A stretch of 63,376 nt of DNA, filler included, from Actinomycetota bacterium (GTDB taxonomy: Bacteria > Actinomycetota > Actinomycetes > JAKEEW01): assembly GCA_046725875.1 (NCBI GenBank). It is 4 parts of 4 records of this genome, joined end to end, with 100 filler letters (N's around TTAATTAATTAA, not from the genome) between each part and the next. Parts side by side here need not be neighbours in the genome. Positions count along the whole stretch, not along the records: positions 17,360 to 40,654 come from JBKOZJ010000076.1; positions 40,755 to 57,092 come from JBKOZJ010000077.1; 2 more parts are not named here. One strand, 5' to 3'. Made by a program: the position numbers and the translations under genes. This document shows positions 30,896-42,134 of this stretch, piece by piece. The notes under the pieces are model-generated. The model did not search any database, was not told where the DNA came from, and saw only the letters and a list, made by a program, of their open reading frames with translations. Within the stretch, counting starts at the first letter, position 1. Every line of letters begins with the position of its first letter.

Positions 30896-31255
30896 TTACA
30901 CGGTCAGTACCACCACCGCGGCCAGCGCCGTGCCGACCAGCGCGCCGCCGTAGCAGGCGGCATTGATAATCCAGTGCTTGAGCTGCAGGCCGTCGTAGAG
31001 GGTGTACCTGAATCGATGCGCCCAGTGCGCCAGGGCGAGCGCGCTCGCACCGAAGATCACCAAGCGAGTAATCGGGTTTCGAACGAGCGCGCGTACGTCC
31101 TCATAGTTAGGCGGGTCGATCCAATCGAGCGGAAAGGCCAAACCCAGCAGCACGATGAGGACCGGGGCGAGCAGCGCCGCCACCACGCCGCCGCCGCTGA
31201 ACAGCAGCCACAGCAGCGGCTCGATCGGTCGGCGAGTCGGCTTCTCGCCGCTCAT
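30896..31255 (-). CDS. frdD: Fumarate reductase subunit D
   Basis: EPLLWLLFSGGG, HWAHR, ACYG; about 3 TM; last gene of frd operon. Confidence 0.9.
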   Translation of the reverse strand: MSGEKPTRRPIEPLLWLLFSGGGVVAALLAPVLIVLLGLAFPLDWIDPPNYEDVRALVRNPITRLVIFGASALALAHWAHRFRYTLYDGLQLKHWIINAACYGGALVGTALAAVVVLTV

Positions 31256-31660
31256 CTAACTGCCCACCAGGAGCCAGGCCACTACCGCCGACACAACCGC
31301 CCAAGCGGCGTACTGTGATATGGCGATCACCCGTGGGGGCACCCGGCGGTCCCGCAATTTGATCACCAGGGCGTGTGGGGCAAGGTTGAACCAGGTGACG
31401 GCGTGGAGCAGGACGAATGACAATGCGACGACGTTCAGCGCGACGACGAACGGGTTCGCCGCCCAATCGAGGAAGCGCTCATACGCCGCCTCGTCGTCGC
31501 CAACTGCGCGTACGAACAGCAGCAGGAAGATTACGAACCACGCGATGAACACACTGCTTAGCTCGCGCAGGACGAACAGCAAGTACGACCGCCGGTGCAG
31601 CCACCACAGCCGAGAGACCGGTGGCCGGTACAGCGGCGCCCGCTGGTTAGTCGTGGTCAT
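31256..31660 (-). CDS. frdC: Fumarate reductase subunit C
   Basis: [32 protein letters not shown] overlap with frdB. Confidence 0.9.
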   Translation of the reverse strand: MTTTNQRAPLYRPPVSRLWWLHRRSYLLFVLRELSSVFIAWFVIFLLLFVRAVGDDEAAYERFLDWAANPFVVALNVVALSFVLLHAVTWFNLAPHALVIKLRDRRVPPRVIAISQYAAWAVVSAVVAWLLVGS

Positions 31661-32400
31661 CGCGCACTCCGAGGACGCAGGTAACTCTTGACGGATTCCT
31701 GGGCCGCGGTGACCTTGTAACGCTGGATCGCGGCGGCCGGGTCGACATCCTTCGGGCAGGCCGTCGTGCACTCACCGACAAAGGTGCACGCCCAGACGCC
31801 ATCGGGCGTGTTGAGGACGTCGAGCCGGAGATGGGAACCCTCGTCACGCGAGTCGAGGTTGTACCGCTGGGCCAGCGCAATCGCGGCCGGCCCGATGAAT
31901 TCCGGATCCAGCGCATAGATCGGACAGGCGGAGTAGCAGAGCATGCAGTTGATGCACATGCTGAACTGCTTGTATTCGTCCATCTCTGCCGGCGTCTGCA
32001 GATACTCACCATTGGCGATCGGCCGCTCGGCTCGACGATTGATCCAGGGCATGACCTGAGCGAGCTTCCCCAGAAAGTCAGTGATCTCCACGACCAGGTC
32101 GCGGATCACCGGAAAGGTGGCCAGCGGCTCGACCCGAACCGGACCGGGCGCGAGGTCGGTGAGGAACGTCCCACAGCTCAGCTTCGGATCGCCGTTAATG
32201 CTCATCCCGCAGCTGCCGCAGATGCCCATCCGGCAGGACCACCGGTACGAGAGCGTCCCGTCCTGCTGATCCTTAATGTGGTTCAGCCCGTCGAGCACGG
32301 TCCAGTCCGTCCGGAGCGGAACCTCATACCTCTCAAGCTCAGGCACAAGGCTGCGCTCGGGGCGGTAGCGCGTCACTTCCAGGGTGATCTGGTCCGCCAT
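31657..32400 (-). CDS. frdB: Fumarate reductase iron-sulfur subunit
   Basis: [35 protein letters not shown]. Confidence 0.96.
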   Translation of the reverse strand: MADQITLEVTRYRPERSLVPELERYEVPLRTDWTVLDGLNHIKDQQDGTLSYRWSCRMGICGSCGMSINGDPKLSCGTFLTDLAPGPVRVEPLATFPVIRDLVVEITDFLGKLAQVMPWINRRAERPIANGEYLQTPAEMDEYKQFSMCINCMLCYSACPIYALDPEFIGPAAIALAQRYNLDSRDEGSHLRLDVLNTPDGVWACTFVGECTTACPKDVDPAAAIQRYKVTAAQESVKSYLRPRSAR

Positions 32401-32405
32401 CTGCT

Positions 32406-34151
32406 CTACCTCCCGTACACCCGCTCCCCTGGTGGCCACCGGGTGATCGTCACAGGCAGATATGTGATCCGGCAAGCGCCGTCGGGGCCGGCTTCGGCGA
32501 GGGAGTGGGCAAGGAAGCGCTCGTCATCCCTGGCCGGGAAGTCAGTGCGCTGGTGTGCGCCACGCGACTCCTCCCGCTGTGCCGCCGACGCGATGATGCA
32601 CTCGGCGATCTCGAGCAGAAAAGCGAGCTCCAGCGCGGCTGTCAGCTCAGTGTTGAAGGTCCGGCTGTGGTCGTCGATCAACAAGCCGGCGTATCGCGTC
32701 CTCAGCTCGCTGACCGTGTCCGCGGCCTTCGCAAGCGAGTCGGCCGAGCGGTAGATCCCCGCTCCTTCCTCCATCGCCTGGTGCATGCGCTCGCGCAGGG
32801 CCACGATCCGCTCCCGCCCGTCGGTCTTATGCAGCAGGTCTCGCTCGAGTCGCCTCCGCTCGTCTTCGGCCTGAGCCGATATGGAAACTGCGGGCTCGGG
32901 CGCGGTTGTCGCATATGCTGCGGCCGCCCGGCCAGCGCGGCTGCCGAACACGAGCAGCTCAGGCAGCGAGTTAGAGCCCAGCCTGTTCGCACCGTTGATG
33001 CTGACGCAGGCAACCTCGCCGGCGGCGTACAGCCCGGGAACCGGCGTCCCACCGTCACTATCCGTGTGAACGCCGCCCATCATGTAATGCACCACCGGCC
33101 GCACCGGGATGAGATCTTTGACCGGGTCGATGTTCTGGTACTTAAGGCAAAGCTCGCGCACGAACGGCAGCTTTGTGTCGATGATTCGCGCGCCGAGGTG
33201 GCGCAGGTCGAGGTGCACAACCGGGCCGTACGGCGTGTCGGTCGTGCGGCCCTTGTCCATTTCGTGGACGAACGCCTGCGACAGCCGATCGCGCGGCCCG
33301 AGCTCCATGCTCCGCAGCACCGGACCGGGCTCGGGCTTGCCGAGGTTGTAGTCCTGTAGGTACCGGTATCCATCCTTGTTGAGTAGCCAGCCACCCTCTG
33401 CCCGGGCGGCTTCGGTGATGAGGATTCCCGTGAACGGGAGTCCGGTCGGGTGGTACTGCACGAATTCCATGTCCTTGAGCGGCGCCCCCGCCTGGTACGC
33501 GAGGGCCATGCCGTCGCCGGTCTTGATGCTGGCGTTCGTCGTGAAGGGGTAGACCCGTCCGCACCCGCCGGTTGCAAGAAGGACGGCCCGGCTGGTGATT
33601 GCCTCGACGTTGCCGGTGGCGAGCTCGATCGCCGCGACACCCTGCACGCGGCCATCGTCGACCAGCAGTTTCGTCACGAACCATTCGTCGTAGCGGGTGA
33701 TGGTCTCGTACTTGAGTGAGGTCTGGAACAGGGTGTGCAGCAGATGGAAGCCCGTCTTGTCCGCGGCGAACCAGGTGCGTTTCTTCTTCATGCCACCGAA
33801 GGCGCGCACCGCGACGTGACCGTCCGGCTCGCGGCTCCACGGACATCCCCAGTGCTCTAGCCGGAGCAGCTCCGCCGGCGCCTCCCTGATGAAGGCGTCC
33901 ACCGCGTCCTGATCACAGAGCCAGTCACCGCCAGAGATCGTGTCGTAAGCGTGCTCGTCCAGCGTGTCGCCCTCGGCGATCACGGCCGCCGCGCCACCCT
34001 CGGCAGACACCGTGTGACTCCGCATGGGGTAGACCTTTGAGACGATTGCCACGCTGAGCTGTGGATTTGACTCGACAATGGCGATGGCGGCGCGGAGACC
34101 AGCTCCGCCGCCGCCAACGATCACGACATCGTAATTTGGACCCACCGGCAT
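32406..34151 (-). CDS. frdA: Fumarate reductase flavoprotein subunit
   Basis: [16 protein letters not shown] (covalent FAD His), [29 protein letters not shown]. Confidence 0.97.
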   Translation of the reverse strand: MPVGPNYDVVIVGGGGAGLRAAIAIVESNPQLSVAIVSKVYPMRSHTVSAEGGAAAVIAEGDTLDEHAYDTISGGDWLCDQDAVDAFIREAPAELLRLEHWGCPWSREPDGHVAVRAFGGMKKKRTWFAADKTGFHLLHTLFQTSLKYETITRYDEWFVTKLLVDDGRVQGVAAIELATGNVEAITSRAVLLATGGCGRVYPFTTNASIKTGDGMALAYQAGAPLKDMEFVQYHPTGLPFTGILITEAARAEGGWLLNKDGYRYLQDYNLGKPEPGPVLRSMELGPRDRLSQAFVHEMDKGRTTDTPYGPVVHLDLRHLGARIIDTKLPFVRELCLKYQNIDPVKDLIPVRPVVHYMMGGVHTDSDGGTPVPGLYAAGEVACVSINGANRLGSNSLPELLVFGSRAGRAAAAYATTAPEPAVSISAQAEDERRRLERDLLHKTDGRERIVALRERMHQAMEEGAGIYRSADSLAKAADTVSELRTRYAGLLIDDHSRTFNTELTAALELAFLLEIAECIIASAAQREESRGAHQRTDFPARDDERFLAHSLAEAGPDGACRITYLPVTITRWPPGERVYGR

Positions 34152-34384
34152 CAGCCCTCGTGTGACCCGCTGTGCTCGTCGGCCAGCAACCGCCCGTCGT
34201 GGCGGATCACTTGCATCTGGGCGCTGCCGTCATGGAACACCTGGCGGACCCGACGACAGCCACAGGCATAGTAGATGCCGTCGATCAGCAAACCCTCGTG
34301 GTCGTCTTCAATGCTGCGCTCGCCGCCGACTAGCCGGCCGCATGGGGCGCGCTCGCTCCCGAAGACGCTAATCGTGCCGGCCAC
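34151..34384 (-). CDS. 77-aa Cys/His-containing protein coupled to frdA
   Basis: AGGAGG RBS 6 nt before GTG; TGA overlaps frdA ATG (TGATG); YYACGC and two HDG motifs. Confidence 0.75.
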   Translation of the reverse strand: MAGTISVFGSERAPCGRLVGGERSIEDDHEGLLIDGIYYACGCRRVRQVFHDGSAQMQVIRHDGRLLADEHSGSHEG

Positions 34385-34539
34385 GCTCCACCTCCTGCGT
34401 GAGACGCACGCCTGCAGGGGCCGGAACGCCGACAGCTGATCCAAGTGCCGGGCGTCCGGTCACTCGCGATATGTGAAGGGTGGCACGGGCGCGGACTCTT
34501 GTCGACCATGTGCCTCGTACCAGAACACGGGGATGGGTC

Positions 34540-36141
34540 TTACATCCGGAATGTGAGTGTTCGTTTGACGAGGTCGACGAGCTCGTCCGCCCAGCGAATG
34601 ATGCCCAGACCTGCCTTCAGGTTGCTTGGTGGTTTGTTGAGGAGCGTGTCTCGTCTAATGAGCCGAGCAAAGTCGACGGTGACGGGGTCCGGGCGCGTCG
34701 TCCCATTGGACGGCCGAAAGTCCACGCCGGCGAGGCGCATCACGTTGATGATCTCTTGAGCGAGGATGCCGTACCCGACCGTGCTGGGATGGACGCCGTC
34801 GAGGGAAAATAGCCCGCCGGTCGCTCGGCCATTGGCATCGCTGGTGAGGAACCGTGAGTCTGGCACGGGCTGAAGCAGTCGCAGTTCGGGCGGCAACTCG
34901 TACGGCTGCCACCAGTCTGGGCGGGCCAGCGGGTCGTCGATGTAGCGGCGCTGGGCAAGCCTGTCGAGGAGGCCGGCGACATCGACGAGCAGCCAGTCCT
35001 TGCCGTCATCTCGGCGGGCGGCTCGGACGATCTCCACGATCGCTTCGTTGTACTGGTCTATTGCGCTGTCAACCGCCCGCGCCTGCTGATGAGTGACGCA
35101 CGGGTCTTGCCGCGGATCGAAGTCCCGGTCGGTGATCCACGGCCGGGTGTAGTACGGGAAGTACCGTGAGCCCGGTTCGATCTTTGTTCCGACGCCACGC
35201 GCGATCGGCGCAATCGTTACATGTGGGACTGTGCACCAGATGACGTGTCGGGCCCGAATCTGCTTTACCCTCGCCACGACCCTGTCGAGTTCACTGATGA
35301 AGTGGCTGGGCCGCCACACCGTGAACGCGCCCTTGCGCGAGAGATCGTCGTAGCGGTCGCGACTCCAGACCACGTTCAGCTCGGTAACGGCCTGCAGGGC
35401 GTTGTTGGCACCGAGGAAGATAATGAGGGTCTCGATGCCGCAATCGGCCTTTCCCTCGTTGTCTTCCGCGCCCAGGCTCTCGGCCGCGTCGAAGACGGTT
35501 CGTGTGCGCGCCGCCTCGGGCTCGGTGGGCAGAACGTACAGCGCAGCGAGCTCGCCGTTGTTCTCGACCATCTGCTTCAGGAGGTCGTCCTTAGGCTTGC
35601 GGAGGCGAGCCAAGCACCACTCGGCCGTCTTGTCGAGCGCGTCCCGTAGGTCCCAGCCGTAGACCGCAAGGTTGTGATTGACCGCCGTGACCCTGGGATA
35701 CACGGAGCCCGGGCCTCGCTCCCAATGGTCTTCCACCTGGTCCAGGAACTGCCGCACCCGGAACGGTGCTATCGGCACCTCCCACCAGTCCAGCTGCTCA
35801 CCGAATCGCTGCTCCAAGTCACGCAACAGCAGCTCGATGTTGAGCGGCAGCCCGCCGAATCCGTTGTATCTGGGGAACCGGAACTGGTCGAACCAGCCCA
35901 ATTCATGGGCGATGACGGCCGGATACGACAGGTCGGTGTTGAAGATGGCTCCGCTCTGGAATCCATGCGTGAGCGAGTCGCCGATCGTGACCAGCCGGTG
36001 CGGCGGCGTTCCCCGCCAGGTCAGCTCGCCGAGATCGACGCCGACTCGCGGGTCCCGCTGTGGTTCGCGCGGCTTATCGGTGATCCTTACCTCGTCCGGG
36101 GTGTTCGGATCCCGCTTGCTGTCGGGCACCGCGTTCGCCAT
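34540..36141 (-). CDS. Large SGNH/GDSL-like hydrolase-fold protein
   Basis: VTIGDSLTHG, FLGANNAL, FSLDGVHP in SGNH block order over ~533 aa; RBS GAGGTGGAGG. Confidence 0.7.
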   Translation of the reverse strand: MANAVPDSKRDPNTPDEVRITDKPREPQRDPRVGVDLGELTWRGTPPHRLVTIGDSLTHGFQSGAIFNTDLSYPAVIAHELGWFDQFRFPRYNGFGGLPLNIELLLRDLEQRFGEQLDWWEVPIAPFRVRQFLDQVEDHWERGPGSVYPRVTAVNHNLAVYGWDLRDALDKTAEWCLARLRKPKDDLLKQMVENNGELAALYVLPTEPEAARTRTVFDAAESLGAEDNEGKADCGIETLIIFLGANNALQAVTELNVVWSRDRYDDLSRKGAFTVWRPSHFISELDRVVARVKQIRARHVIWCTVPHVTIAPIARGVGTKIEPGSRYFPYYTRPWITDRDFDPRQDPCVTHQQARAVDSAIDQYNEAIVEIVRAARRDDGKDWLLVDVAGLLDRLAQRRYIDDPLARPDWWQPYELPPELRLLQPVPDSRFLTSDANGRATGGLFSLDGVHPSTVGYGILAQEIINVMRLAGVDFRPSNGTTRPDPVTVDFARLIRRDTLLNKPPSNLKAGLGIIRWADELVDLVKRTLTFRM

Positions 36142-36323
36142 CTCTGCCTCCACCTCGTCTGATCGCTTTTGATTACTAGAGCGCGAGCGGGCCGTTCAGA
36201 TACACACCCCGCTTCATTCGCTAGGGGGTCTGGGAAGTAACAGCGAGTTCCAGCGAAGCGCGCCAGCCGCCCATCTGGGCGGGGGACCTCGAAGCATAAT
36301 GCAACTGCCGTCAGGATTGACGT

Positions 36324-37388
36324 ATGAACGCGGATCGTCGGCTGTGTTCGTGGCTTGTTGTGCTGGGGCTGCTCGGCGTCGTCAGCTGTACGACCACGCC
36401 CGCAGCGGACCGGGGGACTCGGTCGGCGGCGCCCCCCACCTCGGCAACAGCCGCGACCGCAACCGGCGCCACCACGGCGCCGCCGCCCAGCCCGACGCCG
36501 GCGCCGCGGTGGTACCCGGTCTCGCTTCCGGCTCTGATGGACAGGCATTACGACGGACGCGGGCTTCGGCTTGGTGAGGTGCTCGCCCGAACCAGTGCCT
36601 ACACGCGCTACTTCGTTACGTACAAAAGCGGCGCCTTGACGGTCTCGGGGATCATGAATGTCCCTCGGGGTCGCGGTCCGTTCCCGGTGCTCGTCCTGAA
36701 TCACGGATATATCGATCCGGATGTCTACACGAACGGCCGCGGCCTGGCCCGGGAGCAGGACTATCTCGCCCGCCACGGATACGCAGTGCTGCACACCGAC
36801 TACCGCAACCATGCCCAGTCCGACGATGACCCTAAGAACGAGATGCGGCTGCGGCTCGGCTACACCGTGGACGTCATCAACGCGGTGCTCGCGGTCAAGG
36901 CATCCCGGCTTCGCTCCCTCGACGCCGAGCGGATCGGGCTGCTCGGGCGGTCGATGGGCGGCGGTGTCACGCTGAACGCTCTTGTGGTCAAACCGGGTCT
37001 GGTCGACGCGGCAGTGGTGTTCGCACCGGTGAGCTCGGATGCTGGCGACAACTTCAACCGATGGATCCGAGGTGAACCGGAGCGGCGCCAGCTCGCAGAT
37101 CGCATCATCGCGGCGTACGGGGCGCCCGAGCGCAACCGTGCCTTCTGGCGCAACCTTTCCGCAAGAACCTTCTTCGATCGAGTCAGCGAGCCGGTCCTCA
37201 TCCACCACGGAACTGCGGACGACACCTGTCCGATCGGATGGTCACGAGAGACGTTCGCCGCGCTGCGCAGGCTGGGCAAGGACGCGAGGCTACTCACGTA
37301 CCGGGCGGAGGGCCACACGTTTTTCGCTGCCTGGCCGACGTCGATGCGACGCACGGTTGCGTTCCTCGACCGCCATCTCGGAGCGTGA
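36324..37388 (+). CDS. Alpha/beta hydrolase lipoprotein (peptidase S9-like)
   Basis: Lipobox VVSC, Pro/Thr/Ala linker, NHGY, GRSMGG, HHGTADD, EGH. Confidence 0.88.
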   Translation: MNADRRLCSWLVVLGLLGVVSCTTTPAADRGTRSAAPPTSATAATATGATTAPPPSPTPAPRWYPVSLPALMDRHYDGRGLRLGEVLARTSAYTRYFVTYKSGALTVSGIMNVPRGRGPFPVLVLNHGYIDPDVYTNGRGLAREQDYLARHGYAVLHTDYRNHAQSDDDPKNEMRLRLGYTVDVINAVLAVKASRLRSLDAERIGLLGRSMGGGVTLNALVVKPGLVDAAVVFAPVSSDAGDNFNRWIRGEPERRQLADRIIAAYGAPERNRAFWRNLSARTFFDRVSEPVLIHHGTADDTCPIGWSRETFAALRRLGKDARLLTYRAEGHTFFAAWPTSMRRTVAFLDRHLGA

Positions 37389-37391
37389 TTC

Positions 37392-37418
37392 TGTCCCCTC
37401 CCGGGGTTGCTCGTGCGT
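37392..37418 (+). promoter_or_regulatory. ECF-type promoter TGTCCC-N17-CGTC
   Basis: Upstream of DGPF gene; same motif recurs at 39140-39166. Confidence 0.6.
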
Positions 37419-37453
37419 CGTAAGAGCGACAATCTCAACCAAGGAGGACGGGC

Positions 37454-37801
37454 ATGAAGTACCTGTTGTTGATCCATCCTGGCGGAGCCCTCCGCGATCA
37501 GATGGACAGCCTCAGCGAGGAGGAGCAGCAGCAAATCATCGGCGAGTACCTCAAGATTGCCGAGACACCGGGTGTCCTGGGCGGTTACCAGCTGCAACCG
37601 GCCGACATGGCCACCACGGTACGTGTCGAGGGCGGCCGGACTCTCACGACGGACGGACCATTCATCGAGGCTAAGGAAGCCCTCGGCGGCTACTTCCTCT
37701 ATGAGGCACCCGACCTTGACGCGGCAATCGAGCTGGCGGCGCGGCTCCCGGCGGCCAGGATGGGCGGCGCGATCGAGGTACGTCCGGTCGTTGAGCGCTA
37801 G
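37454..37801 (+). CDS. YCII-related / DGPF protein
   Basis: [34 protein letters not shown]. Confidence 0.93.
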   Translation: MKYLLLIHPGGALRDQMDSLSEEEQQQIIGEYLKIAETPGVLGGYQLQPADMATTVRVEGGRTLTTDGPFIEAKEALGGYFLYEAPDLDAAIELAARLPAARMGGAIEVRPVVER

Positions 37802-38966
37802 GACGCCAATCGAGCAGGCCTTCCGCGACGAGTGGGGGCGGGTGGTCGCCACCCTGGTCGGCTTCCTCGGCGACTTCGATCTCGCCGAGGAGGCGGCCCA
37901 AGAGGCCTTCGCGGCCGCCGCCGAACGGTGGCCCCGCGACGGGACCCCGGCCAACCCCGGCGCCTGGCTGGTGACCACGGCGCGCAATCGCGCCATCGAT
38001 CGCATCCGTCGAGATCGGACGCTGGCCGCGAAGCTGCGACTTCTCGATGTCCCCCAAACCGTGGAGAACCAAACGGTGGAGCCAGGTTTCCCTGACGAGC
38101 GGCTGCAGTTGATCTTCACCTGCTGCCATCCGGCACTGGCGCTCGAAGCACAGGTTGCATTGACGCTTCGCGCGCTCGGCGGGCTGAGCACCGAGGAGAT
38201 CGCTCGCGCCTTCCTCGTGCCTGCGCCGACCATGAAGCGCCGACTCTCGCGCGCGAAGCGCAAGATCAGGGATGCCGGTATCCCGTTCAGCGTGCCGCGA
38301 CAGCACCTGCTTCCGGAGCGGCTGGCGGCCGTGCTCGCCGTCGTCTATCTCATCTTCAACGAGGGCTACGGCGGCCGGGTCGATCTCGCAGCGGAGGCGC
38401 TCTGGCTGGGCCGCGCGCTCACCGAGCTGATGCCCAACGAGCCGGAGGTGCATGGTCTCTACGCGCTGATGCTGCTCGACGACGCGCGCCGGGAGGCCCG
38501 ATTCGACTCGGGCGAATTGGTGCTGCTCGCCGACCAGGACCGCTCACGCTGGGACGCCGACCAAATCGCCCGGGGGAAGGCGGCGCTCGAGCGCGCCTTT
38601 GCGCTGCGCGGCCGCGGACAGTACGTCATCCAGGCCGCGATCGCGGCACTCCATACCGAAGAGCCGCGCGACTGGCCGCAAATCGCCGCGCTGTACGGGG
38701 AGCTCGTCCAGGTGACTGACTCTGCGGTGGTCGCGCTCAACCGGGCGATCGCGGTGGGTGAGGCGTACCGAACCGAGGCCGGGCTCGCCCTCGTTGACCA
38801 GCTCGATCTCGACGGCTACCAGTACTACCACTCGACCCGTGCGGACCTGCTCCGCCGCCTCGGCCGAGCAGCCGAGGCCCGGGTGGAGTACAAGCGAGCT
38901 CTGGAGCTCGCCCACACCGAGCCCGAGCGCCGCTTCCTGCGGCGCCGGGTCGCCGAGGTCAGCTAG
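37791..38966 (+). CDS. ECF sigma factor with C-terminal TPR-like extension (ECF42-type)
   Basis: [58 protein letters not shown]; adjacent DGPF gene. Confidence 0.92.
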   Translation: MSARTPIEQAFRDEWGRVVATLVGFLGDFDLAEEAAQEAFAAAAERWPRDGTPANPGAWLVTTARNRAIDRIRRDRTLAAKLRLLDVPQTVENQTVEPGFPDERLQLIFTCCHPALALEAQVALTLRALGGLSTEEIARAFLVPAPTMKRRLSRAKRKIRDAGIPFSVPRQHLLPERLAAVLAVVYLIFNEGYGGRVDLAAEALWLGRALTELMPNEPEVHGLYALMLLDDARREARFDSGELVLLADQDRSRWDADQIARGKAALERAFALRGRGQYVIQAAIAALHTEEPRDWPQIAALYGELVQVTDSAVVALNRAIAVGEAYRTEAGLALVDQLDLDGYQYYHSTRADLLRRLGRAAEARVEYKRALELAHTEPERRFLRRRVAEVS

Positions 38967-39139
38967 AGATCCCAAATCCGGGCTTGGCGAACAAGTCCGG
39001 GCCGATCCGGGGATCCCGCTCCCGCGCCACGTAGTCGCAAACAGCGACCCTGATTTTGAGCCCTGCCCAGTCAATATGCGGCCACGACTCAGGCCCGCTC
39101 GGACTGGCAGGGCTCGGCTTGGGCTTATCGCAGATGACG

Positions 39140-39166
39140 TGTCCCCTCGCGGGGATCGCGTTCGTC
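39140..39166 (+). promoter_or_regulatory. ECF-type promoter TGTCCC-N17-CGTC
   Basis: Copy of the 37392 motif upstream of the MFS gene. Confidence 0.6.
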
Positions 39167-39197
39167 GTGATGACGACCCGACTGAAGGAGGACGGAC

Positions 39198-40654
39198 ATG
39201 GAGGACGCAGCGACAACAGCCGGCGCGCTTGGATCCGGCGCGGGGGTGGGCTCGCCGCGGGTGAAGTGGTTCGCGCTGGCCTTGTTGTGTGCGGTGCAGT
39301 TCATGGTGGTGCTCGACGTCGCGATCGTGAACGTCGCGCTGCCCTCGATTCAGGTGGATCTGGATTTCACCCAGCAGAATCTGCAATGGGTGATCAGTGC
39401 GTACGCGCTGGTGTTCGGCGGGTTTTTGCTGCTCGGCGGCCGGCTGGCCGACCTCGCCGGGCGGCGGCGGGTGTTCATGGTGGGTCTGGTGGTGTTTTCG
39501 CTGGGCTCGCTGCTGTGCGGGCTGGGGTGGAGCGAGGCATCGTTGATCGGCGCCCGGGCGGTCCAGGGCCTGGGCGCGGCGGCGATCACGCCGTCCGCGT
39601 TGTCGATCCTGACCACGACCTTCGCCGAAGGACGCGAGCGCAACGTGGCCCTGGGCGCCTGGGGAGCGGTCGGCGGTTTCGGCGCCGCCGCCGGCGTGCT
39701 GCTGGGCGGGATCCTGACCGACCTGCTCTCCTGGGAGTGGATCTTCTTCGTGAACATTCCGGTCGGCGTGGCCGGACTCGTGCTCGCGCCGGTCCTGCTC
39801 GCTGAAAGCCGCGACGCGCGCGGTCAAAGCAACGACGTGCCGGGCGCCGTGCTGGTCACCGGTGGGCTCAGCGTCCTGGTGCTCGCGATCACCCAGGGTC
39901 AGCAGTGGGGCTGGGGTTCGGCGAAGACCGTCGCCGCGGTCACCGCGTCGGCGATCCTCCTGGCCGGCTTCGCGCGACGCGAGCAGGCGCAACCCGATCC
40001 GCTCGTACCGTTCTCGATCTTCCGGCGGCAGACGCTCGCCGCGGCGAACATCGCCGGGTTCATCCTCGGCACCGCCCTGTTCGCCATGTTCCTCATGCTC
40101 ACCCTGTACATGCAGCAGGTGCTCGGCTACTCCGCGCTGAAAACCGGCGTCGGCTACCTCGCGGTCGCCGGCACCGCCGTGATCTGGGCGAACGTCGCCG
40201 CCGCCGCGGTCAGCCGAGTCGGGGTGAAACCCGCGCTCATCGCCGGCATGACCCTGCTGACCGCCGGGCTCCTCTACTTCACCCAGGTCTCCGTGGGCGG
40301 CTCCTACTGGTCCGAGCTGTTCCCCGGGTTCCTGATCCTGGGCATCGCGATCCCCTTCGCGTTCGTGCCGATCACGATCGCGGCGCTCGCCGGAACCAAG
40401 CCCGAACAGGCCGGCCTGGCCTCCGGCCTGATCAACACCAGCCAGCAGATCGGCGGCGCCGTCGGGATCGCGCTGCTGTCAACGATCGCCGTCTCGACCA
40501 CCGACGACCGGTTGGCCACCGGCACCCAACCGGCCGCAGCGCTCACCGACGGCTTCCAGGCGGCATTCTGGGCCGGTGCGCTCATCGCCACCGCCGGCAT
40601 CCTCGTCTCGATCTTCCTCATCCGCGGTCGCGACCTGCGGCCACGCCCGGCGCC
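39198..40654 (+). CDS. MFS transporter, DHA2 (14-TM) family; 3' end cut by contig end
   Basis: LDVAIVNVALP, GGRLADLAGRRR, WEWIFFVNIPVG, QQIGGAVG. Confidence 0.95.
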
Positions 40655-40754
40655 NNNNNNNNNNNNNNNNNNNNNNNNNNNNNNNNNNNNNNNNNNNNTT
40701 AATTAATTAANNNNNNNNNNNNNNNNNNNNNNNNNNNNNNNNNNNNNNNNNNNN
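40655..40754. other. Artificial contig linker
   Basis: 44 N + TTAATTAATTAA + 44 N. Confidence 0.98.
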
Positions 40755-40755
40755 C

Positions 40756-40818
40756 GGGTATCCGGCTTACCTCGCCGAAGGGGAGCCGCTCGGCAACGGA
40801 TGGTGGTACGTCTACTGA
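40756..40818 (+). CDS. Possible 3' end of a gene cut by contig start
   Basis: Reads GYPAYLAEGEPLGNGWWYVY-stop with high-GC3 codons. Confidence 0.35.
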   Translation, partial: GYPAYLAEGEPLGNGWWYVY

Positions 40819-41303
40819 CGGAACCGACTGGGAATCCGCCAAGGTCCTCGCGCGACCGGGTGTTGGCGACATGATCTGGCGTATTGCCAATCAATGAGGA
40901 GCTCGGGCCAGGCCCGCGCATGCCGTCGGCGGCATCGTGCTCCCCTCGGTCCGCGTACCCGCGCAACGGTGGCGGACCATCTGAGAGGGACGAAGCTCAC
41001 CGATGAGTTTCCAGCGTCGGCCCGGTCTACCAAGCCGACGACGATTTCCAAGGAACGAGAGAGGCGCCCTCCTGGGGAGGTGTTCACCCGCGCAGGTGCG
41101 TTCCGCTGGGCCGGAAGAGGTACGAGCTCTATGCGGCGTTCCTGGCCCGACGGGTGACCCTGCTTCGTCCGTACCTGCTGATGCCACGGCTTGAAATCCA
41201 GGGTCGGCTGGGCGATGAAAGATGCCACCCATGCCGGTTTCGCGTAGACCGCGGGCCCAGCCGGCCGTTGATGAGTGATTCCTAACAGAACAAAGGAGCA
41301 ATT

Positions 41304-41897
41304 ATGGCCAAGACAGTTGCGATCATGTCGATGTCGCTCGATGGCTTCGTCGCCGATCCCGCGGACGGTGTCGATGAGGTTTTCCGCTGGTATGGCGCGG
41401 GTGACATCGATGTCCCGACCGCGAAGTCCGACTTCACGTTTCACGTCTCCGCGCCGAGCGCAGCACACCTGCACGCCTTGCAGGAGGAGATCGGCGCGAT
41501 GCTCACCGGGCGGCGAACCTCGGATCGCGCCGATGCCTGGGGTGGGCAGCACCCCTTCGGAGTTCCCGCCTTCGTCGTCACCCATCACGTCCCTGACGGG
41601 TGGCCACGCCCGGACTCGACCGTGCATTTCGTCACCGACGGCTTGGAAGCCGCTGTCACGCAAGCCAAAGCGGCCGCAGGCGACAAGGCGGTCGGGCTCC
41701 ACGGGGCGGACACGATCCAGCAGTGCCTCAACGCCGGACTCCTCGACGAGCTGCACATCGACCTCGCCGCAGTCCTGCTCGGTAAGGGCCTCCGCCTATT
41801 CGACCGCCTCGCGGCGACGCCGGTGACGTTGGGCGATCCGACGGTGGTAGCGGGTGTGTCTGTCACGCACCTGCGCTATCCGGTACTCCGCCGCTAG
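41304..41897 (+). CDS. Dihydrofolate reductase / RibD C-terminal domain protein
   Basis: AAGGAG RBS; MSLDGFVA, GRRT, GLLDELHI, LLGKGLRLF, VTHLRY. Confidence 0.92.
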   Translation: MAKTVAIMSMSLDGFVADPADGVDEVFRWYGAGDIDVPTAKSDFTFHVSAPSAAHLHALQEEIGAMLTGRRTSDRADAWGGQHPFGVPAFVVTHHVPDGWPRPDSTVHFVTDGLEAAVTQAKAAAGDKAVGLHGADTIQQCLNAGLLDELHIDLAAVLLGKGLRLFDRLAATPVTLGDPTVVAGVSVTHLRYPVLRR

Positions 41898-42134
41898 GTA
41901 GAGGTGCCGGTAAGGACGCTGTCACCAGCCCCTTCACGTACGCAGAGGGGTCCCCTTGCGGGCGCCGAACCCTGCGACGAGACGACACCGGATGACCCTC
42001 GGCCCCCCAAGAGCCAGTCGCCTCGGTACCGTCGGCTCCGCATCACCGCGACATCCCCACAAGGCGCCTCGCCGGCGTGACAAGCAGCCCGAACGGACGC
42101 GGGGCGTCGCTGCAACATCGCGCGCTTCCGCACG

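Noticed and set aside
41002..41031. Possible ECF promoter GATGAGTT...CGGTCTA
   Set aside because: No credible gene directly downstream, and I could not support the consensus firmly.
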